DNA from: an uncultured delta proteobacterium
GTDB lineage: Bacteria > Desulfobacterota > Desulfuromonadia > Geobacterales > Geobacteraceae
NCBI GenBank assembly: GCA_963815135.1
Contig: CAWFFO010000003.1
Location: forward strand, 59,346 to 123,345
Length of the DNA stretch: 64,000 nt
Direction of reading: 5' to 3'
Shown piece by piece: positions 19,162-28,388 of this stretch (positions within the stretch are counted from its first letter, which is position 1; each line of letters begins with the position of its first letter). The notes below the pieces were generated by a model that was given only the letters and a program-made list of their open reading frames with translations, searched no databases and was not told where the DNA came from. A program made the translations under genes and the position numbers.

Positions 19162-19440
19162 GAATGCCCAAAAAATCTGCAGAGCTGATTGCTCATTATA
19201 CACTTCGATACTGTTCAGCTGTATCATCCGGGCTTGTGATGGATTATCGGTGGACACCTCTTATCAATCAAATCCGTTGTAAACAGGGTTATAGTACCGG
19301 AGCACGATTTATTTTGTAACGATTCAGGAAAAACGGCACGGAAGATGAAATAACTACTTATAGAGGAAAAGACTTCTCCAGAATTCAAAAAGATAAGGGC
19401 TACCCAGAAGCCCGGCTAATGTCTTTTCTCTCCTCCTTTA

Positions 19441-19463
19441 GCGACCCCCGGGTCGCTTTTTTT
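19441..19463 (+). terminator. Intrinsic terminator, plus-strand orientation
   Basis: GCGACC-CCCG-GGTCGC followed by T7 at 19457-19463. It lies 280 nt downstream of the elbB stop and directly abuts the stop of the convergent MBL gene. Confidence 0.6.
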
Positions 19464-19476
19464 GTTTCCTGCGCAC

Positions 19477-20331
19477 CTAAACCTCTAGGGTATATCCGAC
19501 CTGGGCATGATAAAAGCGTCCGGGGAATTCCCCGTGAAGGCGTGCGGATGCCGCGAACCCGGTGCAATGGCTGCCGCAGATCCTGCGGATGTCGAAAGCT
19601 CGCAATGCCTTGATGGTATTTTCCATCTGCGAAACATCACAGAATCCGAGGTGCGTCCCCCCGATAAGGGCATAGACTTTCGACTCTCCCGTCTTTTCCA
19701 TGGCATAATTGATGGTATTGATCATACCTGAATGGCAACAGCCAAAAAGAAGGACCAATCCCTTGCCGGTGTTTATTACCAGTGACTGGTCATCGGGGAC
19801 CTGATCAGGCATGCATCCGGACGCATCGCAAAAAAGACCGGCATCACCCCTTTCGAAGCTGGATCTTCTCGGAACCTCTCCGGTCAGGAAAACCCCTGAT
19901 TCTATCTCCCTGAATGTTTCACTATATTTGAAAGCCGCTCCGACACCACGCAAATACGCCTCGTCGTAGGGAATGCCGATCGGGGCACTGTCACCCTTGT
20001 CTCTGACCCGGTATCGATGTGAAAATATCGCCGGATGAGCATAAATTTCCTTTGTTCCACAGTTCCTCAACAGTGGCAACAGACCACCTGTATGATCATG
20101 GTGGCCATGAGAAACGACGACTTTCCCGACTGCCCGCAGGTCCTTGTTCATCCGCATTGCATTATTGATAAGTGTCTGTCCCATGCCGGTATCGAATAGA
20201 AGCTCAAACCCGTCACACTCGACAAGCGCGGCAAACCCATGTTCCCCTAATGTTCCGGAAACCGGGCCTACACTGTTGTCACACAATATTGTCAACCTTA
20301 TCCTGTCTACTGTTGTCATTTCTCGATCCAT
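19477..20331 (-). CDS. MBL-fold metallo-hydrolase
   Basis: VVVSHGHHDHTGG (the HxHxDH motif), with later GCCHSG and GGTHLG motifs. 284 aa. Confidence 0.8.
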   Translation of the reverse strand: MDREMTTVDRIRLTILCDNSVGPVSGTLGEHGFAALVECDGFELLFDTGMGQTLINNAMRMNKDLRAVGKVVVSHGHHDHTGGLLPLLRNCGTKEIYAHPAIFSHRYRVRDKGDSAPIGIPYDEAYLRGVGAAFKYSETFREIESGVFLTGEVPRRSSFERGDAGLFCDASGCMPDQVPDDQSLVINTGKGLVLLFGCCHSGMINTINYAMEKTGESKVYALIGGTHLGFCDVSQMENTIKALRAFDIRRICGSHCTGFAASARLHGEFPGRFYHAQVGYTLEV

Positions 20332-20358
20332 CCAGGATTTCTATACAATTCGGCAATG

Positions 20359-20390
20359 AAAAAAGGGACGCAACCGGTCGGCTGCGTCCC
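20359..20390 (-). terminator. Intrinsic terminator after the dksA-like gene
   Basis: Minus strand reads GGGACGCA-GCCGACCGGT-TGCGTCCC followed by T6, seen as the A-run at 20359-20364 on plus. Confidence 0.7.
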
Positions 20391-20415
20391 TTGAAAATCC
20401 GGAAAATCCCTTTTC

Positions 20416-20835
20416 TCAGACATCATCCTCGTCACCAATGGAAATCTCGCTGTAGGTCCGGTCCTCTTCGAAGCGCTTCGTCTGGGCCTGCAACTTTTCT
20501 ATATCTGATTTGCATCTCACGCAATATCGGGCAAACGGCATGACCTTGAGACGTCCCAAGGGGATGTCGTCTCCACATTCCTCGCATATTCCATATTCTC
20601 CCTCCTCGAATTTCAGGAGAGCCTCATCGATATTCCGCAATTTTTCTCTTTCCCTGTCTCCCAACAGCAGCCCGAGCTCGCGGTCACGTTCACTTGAAGC
20701 CTGGTCGTAAATATCTCCGCTCGGTTCTCCCGATCCTGCATCAGAAGTAGATTTGAGAGATTTGCTGATCTCCTTGAGGGTTTCCGCTTTCATCTTCAGA
20801 AGTATTTCCTTGATTTCGTCCAGCCGTTCTACCAT
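20416..20835 (-). CDS. DksA/TraR-family C4 zinc-finger protein
   Basis: The coiled-coil N-terminus includes the acidic tip DQASSERDRE. The zinc finger is CEECGDDIPLGRLKVMPFARYCVRC. Confidence 0.85.
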   Translation of the reverse strand: MVERLDEIKEILLKMKAETLKEISKSLKSTSDAGSGEPSGDIYDQASSERDRELGLLLGDREREKLRNIDEALLKFEEGEYGICEECGDDIPLGRLKVMPFARYCVRCKSDIEKLQAQTKRFEEDRTYSEISIGDEDDV

Positions 20836-20881
20836 TCACTATACCCCGTTTTTTCAATATATCCCGGTTTTGAGTCACGAA

Positions 20882-20909
20882 ATAATATCGTAATTTAATT
20901 GTTTGTCAA
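20882..20909 (-). promoter_or_regulatory. Putative sigma-70 promoter for the dksA-like gene
   Basis: Minus strand reads TTGACA (20909-20904), a 16-nt spacer, then TATTAT (20887-20882). It lies about 45 nt upstream of the start at 20835. Confidence 0.4.
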
Positions 20910-20936
20910 GAAAAAAGCCGGAGGACCGGAACCCCC

Positions 20937-22298
20937 TCAAACACCGGTGTCGGAAACAATTTCGCCGATAAGATCGTAATCCGAAGAGTCGGTGATTTTG
21001 AGAGTGACGATATCGCCGACCATGGCATTTCCAGCGGTGATGTAAACCTGGCCATCAATATCCGGCGCCTGCCGGGAAGAGCGTCCTTTAAGTAAAAGGT
21101 CGGTTTCATCACTATACCCTTCGACCAGAACCTGTTCGTATCCGTCTATGAGACGGCGGTTCCGCTTGAAGGAGACCCTGGCCTGTACCTTCATTACTTT
21201 CTTGTAGCGGTCCCTCTTCACCCTCTCCGAAACCTGCTCGGGCATCTCCGCCGCCGGGGTGCCTTCTTCCCGCGAATAACAGAAAACACCGAGCCTGTCG
21301 AACTGGGCTTCTTCGACGAAATGAAGCAATTTCGAAAAATCTTCGTCACTTTCGCCCGGGAAGCCTACAATCACGGAAGTGCGCAGGGCCAGATCCGGTA
21401 TTTCCGTCCGCAGTTTTGCGATCAGCTCCCTTATTTCGGCCTCCCCTCCTCTCCTTTTCATCTTTCCCAAGATGGAATCGCTGATGTGCTGCAGAGGAAT
21501 ATCCAGGTATTTGCAGATTTTTTCCTCAGACTTGACAAGCTGAATCAGCTCATCGGTTATCCCGTCCGGATAGGCATAGAGAAGACGGATCCAGGCCAGG
21601 CCCTCGATCTTCACCAATTCCCTGAGAAGGCCTTCCAGTGTTTCGCCGCCTCCGAGGTCTTTACCGTAATTGGTGACATCCTGGGCGATAATGTTGAGTT
21701 CCCTGACCCCGGTCGACACCAGTTCGCGAGCCTCCGACACCAGACTTTCCATCGGCCGGGAGCGGAAGGAGCCGCGCAACGCCGGAATCACACAATATGA
21801 GCAGCAGTTGGAACAACCTTCGGCGATTTTCAGATATGCCGTATAAAGGGGAGTGGATTTCAACCTCGGGAAGCTTTCGTCATAGATAAAATCGGGATCC
21901 CCCGTATAACGCAGCTGCCCGGCAGTACCCTGCTTTTCCGCGATGATCTCGGCTATTTTCGGATAATCACCGGTACCCACGAAGATATCAACCTCGGGAA
22001 GCTCCCTGCAGAGTTCCTCCTGGTAACGTTGCGGCAGGCAGCCGGTAACAATCAGGAGTTTGCAACGTCCATCATGTTTACGGTCCGCAAGATCGAGGAT
22101 TGTGTCGATGCTTTCCTGTTTCGCTTCCTTTATGAAGGAACAAGTATTGACTATGATTATATCCGCATTCTTCTCGTCGGTTGTTACTTCATAACCTTCC
22201 CTGTCCAGGAAACCGAGCATAATTTCGGCGTCCACCAGATTTTTCGGACAACCGAGACTTACCATCCTTACCTTTTGCCGTACATTGGAATCCGACAC
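20937..22298 (-). CDS. rimO: Ribosomal protein S12 methylthiotransferase RimO
   Basis: [14 protein letters not shown] (UPF0004 domain), the radical SAM motif CSNCCSYC, and a C-terminal TRAM domain ([20 protein letters not shown]). Confidence 0.9.
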   Translation of the reverse strand: MSDSNVRQKVRMVSLGCPKNLVDAEIMLGFLDREGYEVTTDEKNADIIIVNTCSFIKEAKQESIDTILDLADRKHDGRCKLLIVTGCLPQRYQEELCRELPEVDIFVGTGDYPKIAEIIAEKQGTAGQLRYTGDPDFIYDESFPRLKSTPLYTAYLKIAEGCSNCCSYCVIPALRGSFRSRPMESLVSEARELVSTGVRELNIIAQDVTNYGKDLGGGETLEGLLRELVKIEGLAWIRLLYAYPDGITDELIQLVKSEEKICKYLDIPLQHISDSILGKMKRRGGEAEIRELIAKLRTEIPDLALRTSVIVGFPGESDEDFSKLLHFVEEAQFDRLGVFCYSREEGTPAAEMPEQVSERVKRDRYKKVMKVQARVSFKRNRRLIDGYEQVLVEGYSDETDLLLKGRSSRQAPDIDGQVYITAGNAMVGDIVTLKITDSSDYDLIGEIVSDTGV

Positions 22299-22349
22299 TA
22301 ACCTGTTTCTCCTTTACACCTTGATTCATTCCCGCCCGAATTACTTCGC

Positions 22350-22835
22350 CTATTCCCTGAAATTGACAAATTGCAATTCAACGCCGAGATCCTTGTTTTT
22401 CAGCAGTCCGATAACTTCCTGGAGATCATCCCTGTTCTTTCCGGTTATCCGGACCTGGTCGTCCTGGATCTGCCCCTGGACTTTAAGCTTGGTGTCCTTG
22501 ACAAGAGAGATTATTTCCTTTCCTTTTTCCTTGGAAATTCCCTGCTGGATGGTGATCAACTGGCGCACCATGCCACCCGAAGCTGGCTCGACCTTGCCAT
22601 ACTGCAAAGACTTCAATGAAATTCCCCTCTTGATACACTTCGATTGCAGGATATCCACAACTGCCTTCAGTTTGAAATCATCATCGGCAAGCACTTTGAC
22701 GTTTTCCTGTTCAAGCGTCACCTCACTTTTGCTGCCCTTGAAATCATATCTCTGGGCTATTTCCTTCAGAGCCTGGTTTACGGCATTGTCGACTTCCTGC
22801 ATGTCCACCTTTGAAACGATATCGAACGACGGCAT
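22350..22835 (-). CDS. yajQ: YajQ-family nucleotide (c-di-GMP)-binding protein
   Basis: [41 protein letters not shown] lies 6 nt upstream of ATG 22835. Confidence 0.9.
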   Translation of the reverse strand: MPSFDIVSKVDMQEVDNAVNQALKEIAQRYDFKGSKSEVTLEQENVKVLADDDFKLKAVVDILQSKCIKRGISLKSLQYGKVEPASGGMVRQLITIQQGISKEKGKEIISLVKDTKLKVQGQIQDDQVRITGKNRDDLQEVIGLLKNKDLGVELQFVNFRE

Positions 22836-22897
22836 ATTCATCTCCTTTGTTATCCACATAACTGGAACTTTACAGCGGCCGAGGGTTTAGCCATCAA

Positions 22898-23620
22898 TTA
22901 TCGTTTAATAACCTCGACCCCCTTGGGAATTTTAAAATCAAACAGGGAATTGCTCACCCCTCGGTTCACCTTAACCTTGGTGAATTCAATCGCCGTTTTG
23001 TTGCCATAGGGATCATAAACCACGGAAGACACGACTGGGAACGGATCCGCGGCCTTCCCTTCCCGCGTGTATTTTTCAACCGCATCGGAAGTCACGGTTA
23101 TCTGTATCTTCGACAGGACCCGATTTTTCTTTTTAGGGGTGAGGTCGAGAACATAATTCCCTTTTTTATCACGGCCATTGCCGGCAAAAGAGACGCTGTA
23201 ATCCCGGCTGAGGTGATCCAGACCTGTCAGGTAATTGAGATTGACCCCGCTTTGCCCCTGAAACAGACCGGAAACATCACTGACCATAACCTGCCTGTTT
23301 TCAGGGAGGTAAAACCATACCGATTTACCGTTGCAGACAATCTGTTGAGACGGTTTTGAATAATCGAAACGAAACATGGCCGCTGCGCCCGGTCTTTTTT
23401 TGATATAAAGAATACCCGAACCTCGCTGCTCCTTTTTTATGGATACGAGAGTCGTCTGTTGAATGAAATCAGCCTGGACATCTTTCAACTCCTTGTAGCC
23501 CTGCTCGAGCGCGGAAACAGCATCATTAAGGTTCGCGTCCGCACTCCATGCCTTCCGTTGCGATAAACACGTGACAAGAAAAACACCGGCCACAACAAAC
23601 ATGAATATATAACGTTTCAT
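22898..23620 (-). CDS. lolA: LolA-like outer-membrane lipoprotein carrier protein
   Basis: Signal peptide MKRYIFMFVVAGVFLVTCLS. LolA-type motifs: DFIQQTTL, MFRFDYSKPSQQIVCNGKSVWFYLP. The start is taken at the internal ATG 23620. Confidence 0.7.
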   Translation of the reverse strand: MKRYIFMFVVAGVFLVTCLSQRKAWSADANLNDAVSALEQGYKELKDVQADFIQQTTLVSIKKEQRGSGILYIKKRPGAAAMFRFDYSKPSQQIVCNGKSVWFYLPENRQVMVSDVSGLFQGQSGVNLNYLTGLDHLSRDYSVSFAGNGRDKKGNYVLDLTPKKKNRVLSKIQITVTSDAVEKYTREGKAADPFPVVSSVVYDPYGNKTAIEFTKVKVNRGVSNSLFDFKIPKGVEVIKR

Positions 23621-23940
23621 AGATTTCCTCTTTACTGTCTTTTTTTGTATTATCCAGATAAATGCAGCTTGGCGCATGTTCCTGATCCTGCCGGTTAGGC
23701 TTCCGCCAGAAAACAGTCCAGGATTTTTAGGCCGGCGGCGGATCCTTCCTTTCTCACTAGAGAGGGAAAACGCGGCTGATATTGCCATAAGTCTTTCCAT
23801 GAGGCAATTTATTTCACACACGAGCATTTTTGTTCCGACTTTACGGGTCAGGGGATTTGGCGAGTGGGGCTCTGCCCAAAACAGCCTGAACCGGAGATCA
23901 ATACTGGAACCCTAATTTCTCGGCAGATCCTTTACCGTTG

Positions 23941-25608
23941 TTATCTATAAGCTTGTTCCCGGGTTTTCCGGGGCTGCCAGAGTCCTGCGGGGTCCAGCAC
24001 CATTATTACCCGGCCGTCCCCCAGAATTGCTCCGCCTGCAACACCTCTCAAAGTTCCCAGTGGGCTTCCAAGCTGCTTGAGAAACACCTCCTGCTGCCCT
24101 TCGAAAGAATCTGCCATAAGACCCACTTGCTTTCCCCTCAATTCGGTGACTATGGTCGGAATATACTCCCTCGCCTTCAGATCGTGTTGAACTCCGAGAA
24201 GTCGGTTCAGGCTCACAAGGGGTATCTCTTCATCATCCAGGCGAAATACCTTCCGTTTATCCCCGCTGACCATGTCGCGCCTGAGATCAAGCGTTCGCCG
24301 GATTTTCGCTACCGGGAAAGCTACGGTCAGGGAGGAACAGGTTACGAGAAGTACATGGATGATGGCGGCACTCAAGGGAACCGTAACCGTAATACGTGTG
24401 CCCTCCCCCACCTGGGAATCGATAGCAAGGTTACCGCCGAGTGACTGCACGGAACACCTGACGATATCCATACCCACACCGCGGCCCGAAATGTCGGTTA
24501 CCTCCCGCGCCGTGGAAAACCCCGGTATGCAGGTAAGCATGAACGCCTGGCCTGGCGAAATGGCATTTCTCTGTTCAGGTTTTACAAGGCCTCTTTCTAT
24601 AGCGGAATCGATCAGTTTTACGGGGTCCATCCCCCTGCCGTCATCTCCCACGGTTATGATAACCAGGTCCTTTTCCCTTTGGACCTCGAGCTTTAACCTG
24701 CCTGCAGCCGGTTTGCCGGCGGCGAGTCGCTCTTCGGCAGTTTCAAGACCATGGTCGACGGCGTTTCTAAGCAGATGGACAAGGGGAACCGCAAGCTCCT
24801 CCAATATCCCCCGGTCAATTTCGAGCGTTTTCCCCTTGACTTCGAAAACAACTTCCTTGCCGCTCCTTTTCGCTGTATCCCTGACCGCTCTGGGGAAGCG
24901 GTCGGCAAGAGCAGCAAACGGCATCAGCCTGACTTTCATCACTTCACCCTGGAGCACCCTCAAAAGCTTGGAGAGATCCGTTAGCGCCTCGTTAAGCCAG
25001 GCTGAGTCGACTTCCTTTCCTATAAGCATAAGCCGGTGTTTGGCGGTTATCAGTTCACCGGTTATATTTACGAGGTTATCCAGCGTCTCGGCCTTGACCC
25101 TGACCGTTTGTTGTATCTCATCCCGGTCTTTGCGAATTTCCGGCTCTGCCGTTACCTCAGATTCCTCCAGGTCGTAGTCTGCCGAATCAGGCTCAATCGA
25201 CCCGGATACGGATGAAAGGGTCTCGTTTTTCGTCGAAGCGTAAGATTTCAGCCTGTGGGTAATTTCCGATATATCCCCACGATCGGCTTCGCCGCTTTCA
25301 ACAGCCCGCAACATATCAGTGACACGATCGACTCCTTCCAGGAGCAGATCCGCCAGTGACGGGCAAAAAATGAATTCCGCCTTACGGACGCCGTCCATAA
25401 GGTCTTCCATCGCATGGGCGAGTTCCGCGATATCTTCATAGCCCATGGACGCAGCCATCCCTTTTATTGAATGGGCAAATCGGAACAGAGAATCAACCGT
25501 ATCCCTGTCGGAGGAATCATTCTCGAGAGCGACAATGCATTCGCTCATTCCACCAAGATGTTCCCTCGTCTCCGAGATGAATAAATCCATGTACCGGGAC
25601 ATGTCCAT
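23941..25608 (-). CDS. cheA: Chemotaxis histidine kinase CheA, short form
   Basis: HPt domain (FRFAHSIKGMAASMG), dimerisation region (VRVKAETLDNLVNITGEL), HATPase (NAVDHG...DDGRGM...GRGVGMD) and a C-terminal CheW-like domain. Confidence 0.9.
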   Translation of the reverse strand: MDMSRYMDLFISETREHLGGMSECIVALENDSSDRDTVDSLFRFAHSIKGMAASMGYEDIAELAHAMEDLMDGVRKAEFIFCPSLADLLLEGVDRVTDMLRAVESGEADRGDISEITHRLKSYASTKNETLSSVSGSIEPDSADYDLEESEVTAEPEIRKDRDEIQQTVRVKAETLDNLVNITGELITAKHRLMLIGKEVDSAWLNEALTDLSKLLRVLQGEVMKVRLMPFAALADRFPRAVRDTAKRSGKEVVFEVKGKTLEIDRGILEELAVPLVHLLRNAVDHGLETAEERLAAGKPAAGRLKLEVQREKDLVIITVGDDGRGMDPVKLIDSAIERGLVKPEQRNAISPGQAFMLTCIPGFSTAREVTDISGRGVGMDIVRCSVQSLGGNLAIDSQVGEGTRITVTVPLSAAIIHVLLVTCSSLTVAFPVAKIRRTLDLRRDMVSGDKRKVFRLDDEEIPLVSLNRLLGVQHDLKAREYIPTIVTELRGKQVGLMADSFEGQQEVFLKQLGSPLGTLRGVAGGAILGDGRVIMVLDPAGLWQPRKTREQAYR

Positions 25609-25651
25609 AGGTTAGTCCCCGATACGGGCCTGGCAAATTTTTATAGCTGGA

Positions 25652-26071
25652 TCAAACATTTATTTCTTCTTCAAGCAATTTCAGGAGCTTCTCCGGCCCA
25701 ATCACTTTTATCGCTCCGTCAGTTGTCGTAATTATCTTCTTCACTGCCGTTTCATCTCCGGACGTCTCATCCGTAGTGAAATCACCCGTTATTATGTTGG
25801 CCACATTATCCACCAGCAGGGCAAGATTAGCCTCTTTCCAATTCAGAACAATGAGTTTGCCCGGCCCGGCAGAGGGAATCTCTTTGCATATCAAAGACAG
25901 ATCGACAACCGGTACCGGTTTTCCGTGGCAGTTCATTACGCCCCGGTAATAAAGAGGCACTTTCGGCAAGGGATAGAGGGAGGGAGGATCCATGATTTCT
26001 GCAACATGCTCCAAAGCAGCAGCGTACAGCTCCCGCTGAATTTCAAAAATTAAAAACTTCGGAATTCCCAT
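25652..26071 (-). CDS. cheW: Chemotaxis coupling protein CheW
   Basis: 139 aa with FEIQRELYAAALEHVAEI...YYRGVMNCHGKPVPVVDL, the CheW fold pattern. Confidence 0.85.
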   Translation of the reverse strand: MGIPKFLIFEIQRELYAAALEHVAEIMDPPSLYPLPKVPLYYRGVMNCHGKPVPVVDLSLICKEIPSAGPGKLIVLNWKEANLALLVDNVANIITGDFTTDETSGDETAVKKIITTTDGAIKVIGPEKLLKLLEEEINV

Positions 26072-26076
26072 GGCCC

Positions 26077-27348
26077 TCAGGCACCACCGGTCGATAAGTT
26101 AAAGCGTTCAACGCTCCCCACGAGTTCCTCGGAGAGCCTGGCCAGTTCCCGTGCGGCTACCGTCATCTCCTGCATGGCAACCGTCTGCTGTTCCGTAGCC
26201 GCTGAAACTTCTTCCGTTGAGGCTGCATCATCCTCCGCCATTTTTGCGAATTCATCCACAGCTCTTACCATTTTTTCCGCTCCTGCGGTCTGGACTTGCG
26301 ATAATTCGGCAATACTGTTTGCCTTGCGCTCGGTTTCAAGAACAGTCTGGACTATTTCCCTGAAAGACGCCCCCGTAACATCTATATTCTTCCTTCCTTC
26401 GCTGATATGCCTGGAGCTCTCCATTATGGAGTCCTGAACAATTCTGCTCTCCTCCCTGATCGAATGGATGAGATCAATTATGTCTTCGGCGGATTTGCCG
26501 GTTCCGTCCGCCAGCTTCCTTACCTCCTCCGCCACCACTGCGAAGCCGGTTCCGTATTCTCCTGCACGGGCAGCCTCAATCGAGGCATTAAGGGCGAGCA
26601 TATTCGTCTGGCGGGCTATATCACTAATAAAATCGGCAATTTTCCCCACCCTTTGCAATTTCGCGTTGAACTCCATGAATCGTTGTCCCGTAAGTTCGAC
26701 ACTCTCAAGTATGTTTTTCATGCGCACCAGCGAATCATTGGCAAGTTCTCCCCCCTGCTGGGCGGTGCGGCTGGTTTCCCTGGCAGCGGTTGAAGCCTCC
26801 TTTGCCCTTTTTGCCACAAGCTCAATCGATATGGCCATATCGTGAATAATTTCGGCGCTTTTTCTGGCTATATCCGCCTGATTCTCCGCTCCACGGGATA
26901 TCTGCTCCATGGCATGCGCCACTTCTTCGCCGGATGCGTTGATCTCCTGTGCGGAATATGAAAGTGTTTTTGCCGAGGAGGAAACTTTTTCGGCAATTTC
27001 CCGTATCTGGCTGACGAGTTCCCTTAAATTACCTACCATCCTGTTAATGGAACAGCCGATATCATATGTCTCGTCGGGAAACCTCGAAGTACCAATCGCC
27101 ACATTCCTGGTCAGATCCCCCCTGCTGATGAATTCCGCGGATTCAGTAAGAAGCGAGATGTTTCTGGTAAAGGTCCTGGAAATAATCGAACCCAGAATCA
27201 GCCCGATCGTCAGCGCTACAGTATATGTAAGGAATTTTGTTGCTTCAGCGGAATACCCGAGAAGCTTTATCCACTCGGGAGTGAAGGCAACGGCGGCCAC
27301 GACCAGCATAAAACCGACAATAAACTTGTATCCGATTTGAATTTTCAT
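26077..27348 (-). CDS. Methyl-accepting chemotaxis protein: two TM with a minimal loop, HAMP and a signalling domain
   Basis: The HAMP region is [18 protein letters not shown]. The conserved hairpin tip is [37 protein letters not shown]. Confidence 0.9.
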   Translation of the reverse strand: MKIQIGYKFIVGFMLVVAAVAFTPEWIKLLGYSAEATKFLTYTVALTIGLILGSIISRTFTRNISLLTESAEFISRGDLTRNVAIGTSRFPDETYDIGCSINRMVGNLRELVSQIREIAEKVSSSAKTLSYSAQEINASGEEVAHAMEQISRGAENQADIARKSAEIIHDMAISIELVAKRAKEASTAARETSRTAQQGGELANDSLVRMKNILESVELTGQRFMEFNAKLQRVGKIADFISDIARQTNMLALNASIEAARAGEYGTGFAVVAEEVRKLADGTGKSAEDIIDLIHSIREESRIVQDSIMESSRHISEGRKNIDVTGASFREIVQTVLETERKANSIAELSQVQTAGAEKMVRAVDEFAKMAEDDAASTEEVSAATEQQTVAMQEMTVAARELARLSEELVGSVERFNLSTGGA

Positions 27349-27407
27349 ACCTCACTCCTTTCGGATGAAACTTCAGGTAAGACTGTTGTTATAATTGCAG
27401 GCAACCT

Positions 27408-28388
27408 TCAGGAAAAGTGGTTGAACCCTCTCCGGGAAATTTCGTATGGAGACCCACCTGAAAGGACCGTAAGCCCCCCATCCGAGGTAATCTCACCGAT
27501 AGCTGTTACGGAAACGCCGGAGAGGGCTGGTATGGAGTCGATCACGCTTTTCGCGGTGGGAGGAGCGGTAAAAAGGAGTTCGTAATCCTCACCTCCGGAC
27601 AAGGCGAGTGAATAAGATTTTCCCGACAAAGGGCTGCATTTTTCACGAAAAAAAGAAGAAAGGGGAATTTTCTCCAACTCAAGTCTAGCACCGGTCCCGG
27701 AGCTATCGAGAATATGTCCGAGGTCGGCCAGCAAACCATCGCTTATATCAATCATCGCGGACGGAATCCCGGCTTCGGCAAGCGCAATACCTTCACGTAC
27801 CCTGGGAAATGGATCCAGATGTTTCTCCGTCGCAAAATTATCCGGCTCTCCCTTTTTCAGGATCTCCAACCCCAGCGCCGAATCACCCAGAAATCCGGTA
27901 ACAAAGACGATATCACCCGGAACGGCGCCCCTGCGCCGGATTATCCTGTCAGGGATCTGCTCCCCGACAATGGTCAGAGAGATCACCAGTCCAGACTTGG
28001 AAGAGCATGTATCGCCGCCGATCAGGGTTACACCGAATTCATCAGCCCTGTCCAGCATTCCGCGCATGAAGTCATCGATGAATTCTACGGAAATATAGGG
28101 AGGAATCGCCAGAGAGAGGAGAAAGTGACGGGGTTCCCCTCCCATGGCAGCTATATCTGAAAGATTTACCGAAAGCGATTTTCGTCCCAGTGTGGCCGGT
28201 CCACAAAGAGAAAGATCAAAATGGACGCCTTCCACCAGCATGTCCGTGGCGGTCAGCGTCCACATCCCTGAGCCGGACCTGGTAGCGGCGGCATCGTCAC
28301 CTATGCCTATTTCCACACCCCTCCCCGGCCCGACCCGGCCCGCAATGCGGGCAATCAGCCCGAATTCGCCGAGATCATTTACATTCAC
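27408..28388 (-). CDS. thiL: Thiamine-monophosphate kinase ThiL
   Basis: GEFGLIARI...IGDDAAA...DMLVEGVHF. The GTG start at 28388 overlaps the lon stop as GTGA. Confidence 0.9.
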   Translation of the reverse strand: MNVNDLGEFGLIARIAGRVGPGRGVEIGIGDDAAATRSGSGMWTLTATDMLVEGVHFDLSLCGPATLGRKSLSVNLSDIAAMGGEPRHFLLSLAIPPYISVEFIDDFMRGMLDRADEFGVTLIGGDTCSSKSGLVISLTIVGEQIPDRIIRRRGAVPGDIVFVTGFLGDSALGLEILKKGEPDNFATEKHLDPFPRVREGIALAEAGIPSAMIDISDGLLADLGHILDSSGTGARLELEKIPLSSFFREKCSPLSGKSYSLALSGGEDYELLFTAPPTAKSVIDSIPALSGVSVTAIGEITSDGGLTVLSGGSPYEISRRGFNHFS

